From Lingula anatina (lineage: Eukaryota > Animalia > Brachiopoda): a stretch of DNA of 64,000 nt. Shown piece by piece: positions 29,591-41,917 of this stretch; position 1 is the stretch's first letter, and the number at the start of each line of letters is the position of its first letter. Where the stretch lies: the NCBI GenBank assembly GCA_051362555.1, contig CM120640.1, positions 12,710,001 through 12,774,000 of the forward strand. Reading direction: 5' to 3'. Both the position numbers and the translations under genes were made by a program. Below the pieces are notes generated by a model. It worked only from the letters and a program-made list of their open reading frames with translations. It had not been told where the DNA came from and made no database searches.

Positions 29591-30759
29591 GAGATTCAGT
29601 GGATTTAGATGCAACTGACCTATGCCCAGTCAGACTTGACCGAAGACACCTTTTCTGATAGTTTAAACATATGCTGAGGGGCATTTAATAAGGCTTCAGA
29701 CCAAACACCTGGGTATTCTTCACCTGGGCATTCATTGACCAGTACGTCCACGATTGACCAGCAGAGCTGCTACCACATGCTTCTGACAGATAAGGCTTCC
29801 CAGTGTATTCTGTATACATGTGTTAACAGAGATAGTTCCTAGTTCCTCCAAAGGGTGTATCACACATGTTGTATATACTGAACCATCTACCTGGACTGGC
29901 TTTAATACCTGCTTGCTACTGGACCAGATGCTAACAGTGCAGTGTTTCATGCACCCATGACCTTTCTAAAAAGACAGCAAAGTTTGGGTAATTGGACAAC
30001 CTGAGATGGGCCAGAGGATTTGTGAATGATTTACTTGAGTAGATTTTATTTACACTGATTGATTCACGTCTGTTTTAATCTAAACACTGCACATCCCAGC
30101 CTGGATTGGACTGATATTCAGTGACACAAGGTTACTGACTGAAGCAGCAGACAGCAAGAAGCAAGCTTTCACCTGTAGGCAGAACACAGTAGTGGAAGCT
30201 GAGGGTTAAAAATTCAGCTGTGGTCATTTTTTCCTCACAAGTTTTTGAATAGTGACCAATTCAGACCAGGTGGACAGTACCTTCTTTTGTACTGAGCAGA
30301 TTTAAAGATATTTCTGACTTCTGGAGTCTGAAAGTAATTGCCTGTGAAAAACTGGAGTTCAAACAATTGATAATTTTTGGACAATTACACATTACTGGAC
30401 ATTGTAATAGCACTGTTAAAAAACCTATATTTGACAAATACTGTCTTCTGTTAAAACAAAACTGAAATAAGGAGAGAATCCAAACAATTTGCGAAATTTT
30501 TTTGCAATATTTTTTAAATGTGCTAATTGTGCTGAATTTCAGCCAGGCTTTTTTGGTGGAAAAGAACTCGTAAAAAATTGAGGAGATTTCATGCATCTGG
30601 TCATCTATTTGATGTGCATTTCATCAAAAAACACTTTATTTAAAAAGATTGGAGCTGTTTGGCAAGAATTGGAGGATTTCCTGGAATACAGCAAGACATT
30701 TATATCCTGTGTATGACATTCTGCAACAAGTTAAAATTTCTTTGCATCCATTGAAGACC

Positions 30760-30846
30760 ATGTTCTCCCACCGTGTGCTGTTTCCTCTTCTCCGTAGTAG
30801 TCGCAGCAATAACCATGCAGTTTTTAACGAGCGATTCAAACTCAAG
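30760..30846 (+). CDS. Candidate alternative first coding exon of the NAV gene (MFSHRVLFPLLRSSRSNNHAVFNERFKLK)
   Basis: ACCATG start context, 29 open codons, donor AAG|GTAAGG in phase 0 with the CH exon; 5 CpG in 87 bp against a CpG-poor background. Confidence 0.5.
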
Positions 30847-31945
30847 GTAAGGTCAGTAGGGCTACTGGGTTTAAAGCCATAGGTACAGCTCTCATTGATG
30901 ACTTTCTAAAAATATGTGCTGTTTGCTGTTTTTCTCAATCATATCTGTGGGAAGAGATAACTTTCACGTTCAGTTAAGTCGGATCAGAGTTGATATGGCA
31001 GTAATCGTTTTAATGTTAGGTCTGTGCTACTCTGTTTCATGCATAACCCCCAATTTGCTCAAGTGGGAGCAAAATGCAATAACTTCTCAGAGACAATTAT
31101 GGTGCTTGTATTTCTGCAAGCGATAGCTTTTCATGGTAATTTGAAAAATTGCTTGCAATTTGCTTTCATTTGCGGCACATTATTTTGAAGTTAGGTTGTT
31201 TGAACACCCATACATAAACATCCACGATTAACTTCACTTTGTGCTCTGGTGAATGCACACCATGGATTTTCATTTCTGCTTTGTTCTAGAAGACTGAGGT
31301 TTGCCTTTGATTGATTTTCAAGTTCAGTTCAATAGCACCTCTAAGTTCAATTACACAGTGGAGTACCCTTGGAATATACAAGGATGTTCTCAGTGTTTTT
31401 GAACTTCTGTGCTTTGTTTGTTAGTACTTATTATTATTATGGTGCAGGGAATTCCAAGCTGTGACTGCTGGCTTGCTCTCAACACAGACAGACTTTTACA
31501 AATAATCAATACTGAATTTAAAAAGAGTACTTTGATGAACAAAACAGTCAGAGGAGCTCTTTATCAGTTGTATGCTTAAACTCTGTTCATTTCCCCTCAG
31601 TCTCATTCTGTATAATTGATGCCTTAAATTGGGTGAAAATTTCATTTCCTAGGGTTCTGTTTTCTTGCAGAGAATATCGTACACATTATTTACCCTCCTA
31701 TATTTCTATGTTCATCACTAAGTGTTCTTATCCTTTGTGCCACATTCAGTAAATTATATGTGATAAATTATGCTTTTATAGACTGTTTAAGATTTCCTGT
31801 AAGAAAGAGAACAAATGTGATAAAACTATCAATATTGGCAGGGTGGCAACTAAAGCTTGGCTATGTATAAGTGTCCACTCCTTTTACATTAAGATGCACA
31901 TCCCAAAAAAAGAAGTTGTAGAGAAAAGTTATCACTAGGAACATG

Positions 31946-31946
<1 letters not shown>

Positions 31947-32011
<65 letters not shown>
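31947..32011. repeat. (AC)n microsatellite, one interruption
   Basis: Read directly. Confidence 0.95.
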
Positions 32012-32021
32012 TGCCTTTATG

Positions 32022-32658
32022 CAGGGTTGGGAGGGGGGGGGGTCGAAACAAAGCACCGCTTTTGATGGGAAATAGTCCACTCTGGGTAAAATGTGACTTA
32101 GGAACACAAAGGTTTCATGGTAAAAGGTCCACTTTCTCCTAAAAAGACACTTTGACATTGTAGAATCAGCTCTATGTAATGAAGGTTCTTTATGAGGAAG
32201 GTCCATTAAATTTGTTTATAGCAACGGCTAATATTTTTTACCTCTAAAATCTAGGAGTCACTAAGATAAAGGCCAGCTACACCAAATGCACATGGTTTGG
32301 TATTCGGAAGGGTTTTTTGTGACAAAGGTTGGGTATTCCAAAGAAATGTGGATGTTATCGCACAGCCAGTGTTTGCCTCTTAGGAAAATTAGTTGCTGGA
32401 CCGAAAGTTCAGCCATCTTGAGAAGTAGCTGGCTCGAATGTCTGCCGGGTGGGAAAACTTCTCAGCCCGTTCTGAAAGTTGTCCAGCCTTAATTTCTAAC
32501 ACTGTGCACAGCACTTCATAAATAGCACTTGTTTACTATACTTTGTTTGTTGTCTTTACCTGTACACGTATTTCGATATAACAAATCTTAGGCATAGTGG
32601 ACTTTTGTCATAGCGAACCTTTGTCAAAGTGAACCAAGAAATGCTGGCTATGGGCCTG
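32022..32658. mobile_element. Degenerate MITE remnant ending ...GCTGGCTATGGGCCTG, interrupted by a hAT-type insert
   Basis: Right end reverse complement CAGGCCCATAGCCAGC resembles the left end of 27842. Inverted similarity between ACAAAGGTTTCATGGTAAAAGGTCCAC (~32106) and GTGGACTTTTGTCATAGCGAACCTTTGT (~32597). Left boundary uncertain. Confidence 0.4.
32367..32504. mobile_element. 138-bp hAT-type MITE
   Basis: TIR CAGTGTT...AACACTG, subterminal inverted AAATTA..GCTGGAC, and 8-bp TSD CGCACAGC (32359-32366) / TGCACAGC (32505-32512). The single mismatch is a CpG-type transition. Confidence 0.75.
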
Positions 32659-33642
32659 ATATATGAAAGAGGATGAAATCCATTTTAAATGTTACTGTTG
32701 AAAATATGTAGAAGAAAAATTCAATTTCTTCTTCCTATTTATTGTTTACATATGCAGTTTGGAAAAATATACAAATGAAACAAGTTTAGAGTTATATTTG
32801 AAAAATCAAGAAAATAAGGCTTCATTTTATTCAAAGTTAGCCTTAGCAGCTTGCTTTGTCAGTGAAAAGAATTGATTTTCTCTGTCCGTGTATGATAAAA
32901 CATTGTTGTATGATCAATTTTGGTTGCCAGAAGAGGAGAATTCAACAAAGGTTTCTAATTCATCCGACAGCAGTGACTCGATTTCCTCTTTCTCTTTTGT
33001 TATTGATGAATTTTGCACTTATACTCCATCATGTTATTATAATTCAGATTTGGGCTGGCACATGAAGAAAGGGTGGGTTGGAGCAGCCCTGTTTAAGTTT
33101 TTGTATATTAATAAAGTGTAGAGAGACTGGTATGAGAGGGAGAATTGTAGGATAAGATGAAATGTGAAATAGCAGGAGAAAGTGATTGAAGATTGGAGGA
33201 GGAAGGGAGGGGGGGAGAGAGAAATAAGTTATCAAACATGAAACATTATCTGAATTGGGCAATCCATCCATGTATGTGCAAGTGCCTTTCCAGAATCTCC
33301 TTGCCTGGTGTCTTCTGGTTTATGTTATTTAGTATCTAAGTATCTGTTGGTTATTGTACAAAATATTTTGCCAGACACATAATGCTTTAATGCCAAACTT
33401 ATTAGATTGGAATTGTGAGTGGATTGATTTTATGTCTGGGGCTTTGTTTTTATGTTGAAAAGAAATCCCTTCAACTTTCTCATTCTTATGTCAATTTGTT
33501 GTAATATCACTGGGGAGTTTTTGAAGAAGTCAATAGAATGCCTGGTAGTTCCCATTTCTAGTGCCTATGGTTATGAAAATCTGTAATGTTCAGTATTTGA
33601 AGAAATATTTCACTGTGCTGAATCTGTGTGTATACAGCTTTT

Positions 33643-33781
33643 TGTGTGTGTGTGTGTGTGGGGGGGGGGGGGGGGATCTGTTTTAGCAAAGAAGGTGTTA
33701 GATAAATCTTTTGAATTTAAACTATCATATGCCTCTTTTTATGTTCCTCTCTTTCAGTATATATATATATATATATATATA
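33643..33781. repeat. (TG)n plus G-run and a nearby (TA)n microsatellite
   Basis: Read directly. Confidence 0.9.
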
Positions 33782-35487
33782 CAGTATGCATGGGGGTGAG
33801 TACAGGTCCCATCACATTTGAATAAACAGAACATTGTCCACCACTATAAAATATGATAGACAGGGAATACTGTGGACTACTCATAATGTCACAACTTGAG
33901 CAGCATGGTAACAGGGCTGTTTTCACTGCCCTTACACTGGCTGCTTTGAAGCTGAATCAAATTTCTGCAAAAAAGCAAAAATTAAGTGTTTGTTGTGTCT
34001 CTTACTGAGAGCTGCAGTACAATGATTGTGTTTTACCAAACAACCAGGGTGGTATTAGGGGTTAAGAAAAGTGTTAAGCCTGGAGTTGTTTGTATAAAAC
34101 AATATTGTTATGTATTTATTTTATTCCTCCAACAATCTTATTCTAGTACTGTAAATAAAAATCCACATTTTATGAGGTTATTTAAATCTTTGAAAAGTTG
34201 AAAAAAAAGTCTTAGGGTGCCTTGCTAATAGTGATACTCAATTTACAATATAGCTAATCACTAAAAATATAAACAACAGAGGCTTTGTGTAAGTTGCAAG
34301 GATATAGTTAAGTGTGCCCAACACCAGTTTCCTCAACCACTTGAGAGGTGCTTCACCAAGATGGAAAAATTCTGTTTCTCCTTAACCACAGTTTAGTGAT
34401 ACTTGGTGTTTGATTCATGTATGTAAATATAACTGACACAGACATGCAGAGGATGGTCAGAAGTGAAAACTATCAGGATGGTCACTGTGGTACAGAACAT
34501 ATCTAGCAACAATTACAGTTATTATAAAGCAAGTCTCAGAGAAAATGGGGACCTGGATGTAAATGAAGTGTTTTTCTTGTAAACTTTTTGACTAGAAATG
34601 CCAGTAAGTATGAATCTGATGTATGTTTAAAATGTCTTAAGTTCTCTTTGTAAGACCTAGATTTAACAGTTTCTTGTATTATAATCTGGCCGTGCACACT
34701 GAAAGCTGTCTGTTGTGGTTTAGTGGTGGTGTATGATAAAGTAGTATGGTCTTGGCACAATGGAAGGAAGTGTCTAGAGATGTCACAAGGCATTCAGGAG
34801 CCAGGGTATCCTGAATAGTGTGTGTTTAGTAATGGCTTTATGACATGATGAGTCCAGTCCACAGTGTTCACAAAGACTGTTACCTGTGGTAAAAATGGTA
34901 TATTTTTTGATAAGATGGTTATATTTTAATATCCGTCTTACTTATTGGCCATACCGCATGGTATTGGTCATGGTGCATTTTAATCTCTGTATGACAACAA
35001 CCGTATTTATTTATTTTATACTCAAGGGAAACTGTATCAAACCCTTATCAAACTTTGTAAGCATCAAGAGAAGAATCAGGCCGTTTTGTAATGAAGTGAA
35101 TTGGTGTCGCAACTATGTAAAGACAATATATTTCCATTGACAATCATTTCATTACATATTACTCATTTATTTTTGGCAAATATAATAATTATTAGTCATC
35201 ATGTGTACAAAGTGTGAGAAAGTTTAACTTGATGACAAACAGAGGAGTATGTGACATTGTCTGAGAGAAAAATGATGTGACAGACTAGGCACATTCAGTG
35301 AGGACAAAATATATTTAGTGAGTCTAGAGAGTGTCTTTATTCTGGACAGAAAAGATTGTGGTTTGCTGTAAGATAAATATTGTAGAGCACATTTGTTTGC
35401 AAACTGATGTTTCCTTAAAGTAGATGTCTATAAAAGAAGCTTATACCCATGTGTATTTCAGAGCTATGCAAGGCAACTGATAGGGAG

Positions 35488-35720
35488 CATTCAGAAAAAC
35501 CCATCGTACTAGCTGGATCAATCCAACTCCATGGGAGATTCTCCCAAAGTGCAATAACTATAATTGGGTTATATATCTGACATGCCTCCACGGAGTTGCA
35601 AGGGGGTAATTAACTAAGGAGGCGTGTCAGACAATTAGGATAATTACACTGAATGCACTTTAGCGAGATTCCCCTGCAGAGTTGGGTTGATCCAGCTGGT
35701 ACAATGTTTGAATCTGAATG
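35488..35720. repeat. ~230-bp imperfect palindrome (fold-back/MITE-like)
   Basis: Left arm CATTCAGA..GTACTAGCTGGATCAATCCAACTC..AAAGTGCA..TCTGACATGCCTCC pairs with GGAGGCGTGTCAGA..TGCACTTT..GAGTTGGGTTGATCCAGCTGGTAC..TCTGAATG; ~28-nt loop. Confidence 0.85.
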
Positions 35721-35833
35721 TGGTCAAAGTCCTTTTATAAAATAACATATAGTTACTAGGAATTCAGCATCTTTTGAGATAGTTGTAATATGTGGGTTTT
35801 AAGGTAATAAAAAATTGTCATTTCCTATTTCAG

Positions 35834-35951
35834 ATCTACACAGACTGGGCCAATCATTACCTAGAGAAGAACAAGCAGAAGCGCCTCATCACTGACCTGC
35901 AGCATGACATTACTGATGGGGTTCTGTTGGCTGATGTTATTGAAGCTGTCA
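35834..35951 (+). CDS. NAV2: Neuron navigator (NAV2/NAV3/unc-53/sickie family), CH-domain exon 1
   Basis: TTTCAG acceptor, GTAAGT donor, 118 nt. Encodes IYTDWANHYLEKNKQKRLITDLQHDITDGVLLADVIEAV, the NAV CH signature. Symbol is family-level. Confidence 0.97.
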
Positions 35952-38900
35952 GTAAGTAGAACTTAAATGAGTAACTTTTGTGTAGGGTGACCAGGAGATC
36001 TTTTTTGCTCTGTAAAATTACATTTAACCATTGACTAGGATGATTGGTCATTTATTTTGGAGGTATACATGCAGGTTTAGGATATATCATTTGCCAGAAT
36101 GTAAGAAGTTGTTGCCACTTTTGTTTCTTGCTCAATGCTGCCCTATTTTTCATACTTCATTGCATCAGTTGCAATCACATTCAGTAAAGATAAAATATTT
36201 GGTGGTAAAAATCCATCCTACATATATTCATTTATTGATACAATATATGCACATGCACACTCATTCTACACACCGGTACATGCACGTGCATAAAAAACAA
36301 CATCATTTTAGTAGACAGTAAATGAAACTTTTAAACCACATGAAAAAAATTGTCTATGAAATAAAAAGAGAGGAAAGGAGTATGACCGATACACCCTGTA
36401 ATCGGACAGGCTGAGTCCATCATCTGGCCTCATGATTGTCTGGACCCACCCACCACTTTTCTTGAACATGGTAGTTTTCCTGGCCATAAGTAGCAGCACT
36501 CAGCTATAAATCTTGGCATGGTCAGCCCTGCATGGTGTGTCAGTTGCTGTAGCCCCATTCTCAACTGGCAAAATACAGTATGCCACTTCTCTCTATATAT
36601 CTATATGTACTATGATTTTTAAAGGAATTATGAATGAGGGCATGAGCTATGTATGTATGGTGCAAAGTTAATATGTGCATTGCTTTGGTATCTCAATGAC
36701 AGTGCTATTGATCAATGAAAATATTGATGGAAAGGGAATTAAAACCCCATTTGAAAGGTAACAGCATACAGTTGGCTTTTTCAGCATTTGAATGGAGAGA
36801 CACACAATAAATAATATGAAGACTTTTTCTGATCAGAAATAAAAGATTTGATCATTTTCCCCACTTTCATTAATTGCAAGCTACCTTACCTCTCTATGGC
36901 ATAGAGCAGAACTTAAGTTAAATTGAGGGTAAAATTATAACCAGGATTGTGATAGTGGAGTATAATTGTATTCCTTGTAAGGTATTGAAAATGGACGTAA
37001 GAGACATTAGGAGGGATATTACTCAGCATGCTTGGAGCTTAAATGATTAAGACATCAAATCCCCCAGACTGTCACTGATTACTTGTCTAAACATGGTTAA
37101 TTGGCTGTGTGATTACAGCTCTAATGAGTTTGCTGCGGACCAGAAAGAAACTTCTCTAATATGCTGTAATACAGTTGGGTAAATTAGAGTGAAAACAGTA
37201 TGGGCAATCTATGAACAGTGGTAGAGGACCTCCTTGGAGCACTACCATTACATTATTTAGAAGAAAACAATGGGAATCACATTGGCAAAAAGAATTATCA
37301 ATGTCCACAGACTTTATAAACCCCCTGTAATACAGTAGCTGCAGGTGTTTTAAGTTCTCTGGGTAATACATGTTGTATGTTTCTCTTCAAGCAAGCACAT
37401 TGTTTTAAGACTTCCTTTCAATTGTTTGTAAAAGGGGTATATGGGGATACTGAATTCTATTTGTAACTCCAAACATGTGCCAAGAAAAGCATTGTTTTAT
37501 TTGATTTCTATTTTTGTATGGCACCTGTTTTAGATAGAAAATTTGTTTCACATAACAAAAAGTAGACTTATTTGTTTATTGTAGTTTGTTTTTAGAGACA
37601 AGAATACCTAAAATTGGCTTTTCCATGCATTTTTTTGTTGTTAAAAAGTAAGTGTTTGTGATTTAAAGACCAGTTACCAGACACACTTTTGAAGCAAGCT
37701 GATTTTTTAACAAATTTGCATCAGACTACATTTTTATGGAGCAAACCTACAAGAAAGCTTTTAAAGGTGTTCTTCCTGAGTGTTGCACAGTCTAGATTGT
37801 GGTTGCTGAGAAGCAGGTGTATATATTTGTATTAGTATAATAGTCTTACTAATCATTTCACAAGATGTGTCTGTTGAAGAAAATAAAATAGTGAAGCTAT
37901 TTTACTTTTGATCTTGGAGAAAATGGATGTTGGGGACCTGTGCTTTACCTCAGTGCCACAATACAAGTCTCTGTACCAGGATGTACAGCTATACTGGCAT
38001 GTGTATGACCCCTGGAGGTGTAAAGGAAGTCCAAATGGTGGGAGATTTTCTATTAAAAGACCAGTAGTAACTGCCAGATATAAACATCTGTTTGTCCTCA
38101 AGTTTATTTTCTGAACTACAACTTCTCAAGTTGTAACACAATTTGAGCTTTAAACATTCAACTTCTGCTCAACTGTTTTCCAAAGCATAATGCGAGGTAG
38201 TCTCCGCACAGGATGCAGGCTCTGTTGGGCAACTAAGTTAGGTGTCTTGGATAGCCTTTGATTGTAATTTTATGTGACTTTAAATATAAGTAGGTGTAAA
38301 CGGCTGGGGCTTCTGGCAGTCTGTCAGCTGCTTGGGCTTGCTGCTTGTTTCTCTTGCTTGATTGGGAAACAGTTCTTATAAAGGTTTTACCTTATAAAAA
38401 CTCATGTGCAGGGGCAAGGCGATGCCAGGTTTGAAGATTTTACCTGAAAAATGTAATACTGTATTTAAGAGAGGAAGTGGCATTTGAGGTGAGGACAGCT
38501 GTTCTAACAGAATCCTTCCTTTCTCACTAATATTTGAAAATTTGCAAATGTCCAGATACATGTAGTGTCAGAATTGTCACTGGGATGTTCTTCAAAATTT
38601 TAGTCGTTTTTTTCCCATGTTATCAACTGTAGGAACATTCACTTTCCTTCTTACTAGAGAAATATTTCCCAGTACCATAAAATCACCACAAAAATTGTCT
38701 TTAACAGCGGTTAACCACAATGTATCACTCTGTTGGAATCAAAAATGAACCAGTGATGTTGATAAAAGATTCACAAAGCTACCCCATCAGTTGCTCATAT
38801 TTTGAAGGTTACATCAGAAGACCTGTGAAAACACCAACCGTCTTTGCCTTGTTGCTTTTTGCTCACATGACTTAACGTTGCTTTGATCAGACCTGGTCGC

Positions 38901-41864
38901 AAAACATGTGCTTTGTTTTTTCTCTATTTTTACAGCTGATTGCACAACCTCTTTATTGGCAGGTTTGAGATTTAATACTGTAGGTTGGTATGTTGGTCTA
39001 AAAACAAATCTGGATATGATATGTTGATTTTAGCAGTAGATGATCTATTAGCAGAGGGTATTTTTTTCACCCACAATCCCAAGTTTGGTATCTCATGATA
39101 ACCCGTTATGTTGAACATTTTGATGTATGATCCCATAACCTGATACGTTGATTTAAGAAGAAAATGATCTGTTTTTTCATGGGTTTATAAAAAAATATTA
39201 ATCCTCTTGCCTCTGAGGGGGGAAATTGATGTTTAATCCCCTGTTTCTGTGATGGTGATTCATTGTTTAAGAGCCTTAAGAGATGTAAACTTGTGAAATC
39301 CTCTATCTGTCAAGATGGTCCATTAGTCAAGGGGTATTGACAGGGCTGTCAGACTGATTAGAGGAGCTACTCAACTTGATGCTCTTCAATAATGCATTCC
39401 CTTACCATGCTGTTTCTTTGCTGGCTTTTTGGATGGTTGAATTGAGACAGAGATTTGTCAGAGAAGAGTCCAAATAGAGAAACATCAGCACTTCTTGGTC
39501 CCCCCCCTCCCATATAATCTATTACACGTTTTTTCTGATTACTTAATTGCTTCCTTGATAAATCAGAAAAAACTCAGGTATTCTTTAAAAACTTTATATT
39601 GTTGTTTGAGTCGATCTTATCACAGGCAAAAACGTTTATAAGCAAATACAGGAGACAAAATATTAACTTCTAGGAGCAGGTAATAAGACTAACTTTTCTA
39701 CCTTTTCCCTAAGGAAACATTTGTTTAATCTCTGCATCTCTATCAGTTTATAAAAGACTTTTCCAAGTTGTTGCAGGCTGCTGATAAGCGGCTTAGTATT
39801 TGCTATTAAAATGCTAGAGCCACAAAAACAAAACTGCTTGATTAACTGGAAAATGCATTTCTCAGTCAAGTTCTTTATCTTAATCAATAGCTGGCTTTAA
39901 TATGCAATGTTAAAGTATTAAAAGACTATGGACTGATTAATGACACAGTTATCGATACATATCTGAAAACAGAAATCTACTCTCTGACTGCAATGAATCA
40001 TCATACAAGGGCATGTTTTCTAAATCCTCAAGGGGATATAAAATTGCTTGCACTGAAAAAAAAATCTGGCAAATGTATTCCTTGAATATATATCTGGTAC
40101 ATTCACAGTGTAATGTCAGCTCTTTTTTCAGATTAAAAAAGGTAATTAATTTCGAGACGGATTAAAAAATATCTTTGTAAGCATGTTCACCTTTTTTGTT
40201 TCCTGTGCTTTTTGTGTCCTGGTAAAATATGCCTTAATTCTGATACAGAAGCTCAAACTCATAGGTACACTAGAAAGGGTAGCAACATATTGATACCCTA
40301 GATCTTTAGTTACTTTAGGGAAACCTAACCAAATTTGGCCAACACTTTAAAATGGCCTGCTTGCTTGCCCAGTGTTGTGAAATGTAATAGTCTTACACCA
40401 AGGAAACTTTCAGAAAATTAACTAAAATATATTTGCATTGCCCAAATGCCTGTGGCTACTGAAAGGTCAAACTGCTAAATGATGCAGCAGAAAAGGGCTT
40501 GGGTTAAGAGGCATTAATTATTTGTTACAAACTTAATGGGTACATTTAACATTGGTGTAATTTTTTTGTGATAGGCAGGGATTAGTACTTTTGATACCAA
40601 CTGTAAAAATGGCATTTGTAGGATGGAGAAAACATTTGACATGTTGGTACTCTTTGCAAAGCATTTGATTGACTGGTTTTGAAAGGTAGGGTCTTACCTA
40701 ATAATAGAATTAGTTCTGAAGTGATGTCCCTGGTGTGTTATTTCATCTCACTAAAGAGGGAGCTGACTTGACTTTCAACTTATAAATGATTGAGGCAAAT
40801 TGATCATACAGTTCACACCTAGTGTAGGGCAAAGATGTTTTATTCACCAATGAGATGTGACAGCAAAAGCTGCTCTTGAATTTGATCAAACCACAAGCAC
40901 CTTGAAGGGTCTGTACCTTTGATGAAAGCATGGTGGGCTTGTCAGCATGGTTTATATCTACTGTTAGACTGACAGTATTGAGCCATAAGATGACATCATG
41001 TTTTCTTTTTTTTTCTTTTTATGTTATTGAATGCATGAATTTAACTTGCTGCATCAAAGAATATGGAAATCTATAATATGTACATAGGACATTAGGGTTG
41101 TTTGTGTCATTAAAGATGTTCTTTCCAAGATAACATGGAGCATTACTGTTCAAAAACTTTTTCTTTTGATTATCACATAACAAGAAGAACAGAAATTACA
41201 TAGATTTTACTTGTTTTTAAACCATCTTAAAACAATTCCATGACAATGCGTGTTACGTATTTTGGCACCCACATGTTCAGCATATCTATATAAGCACATG
41301 AATAAAAAGTCTGGAGACAAATTTACAAATAACAAGCTGCTGATGTGTTTTCTGATGGAAAATGCTGGTAACTTTTCCTAGTTAACACTGTATGAAACTT
41401 GGCAAATTTCTATGGCTTTTATATGTTAGATGTAAAGAGTTGACTTTGTCTTGTTCATCCTATCTAAGCTGAAAAAATGCCAAATCGCAATTTATGTGTA
41501 TGTGGCAACTCATCACTGCAATGTAATGGGGACTCTGAAATCTGGGAAATTTAGATTGTTCACATAGAAATGAATCATTAAAATGATCTAACTGGTTTTT
41601 ATGTGCATGCTCTTGTCATGTTTGATATCATCTCTACACATACATATATCCATCCTCATATTGCACAAATCTCATCCCTGCAGGGCACACACTTCATAAA
41701 GTAAACAAGCAGTGGCAAGTGAGTAATATAGTGTATATTTTTACTGCATCTGAACAGACACACACTCATGCCAGCAAGGTTCAGTGGGATCTTTATGTGA
41801 ACCAGGTTCAATATCCTTGTCAGCCAACCATGGATCATCTTACATGTTTTTGCTCTCCTTTCAG

Positions 41865-41917
41865 CCAATCAGAAGGTGCAGGACATCAAGCAGAAGCCCA
41901 GGACATCCTCACAGATG
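41865..41917 (+). CDS. NAV2: Neuron navigator CH-domain exon 2
   Basis: CTCCTTTCAG acceptor, GTAAGT donor, 53 nt, phase 1 to 0. Encodes TNQKVQDIKQKPRTSSQM (cf. NAV2 ANEKIEDINGCPKNRSQM). Confidence 0.95.
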
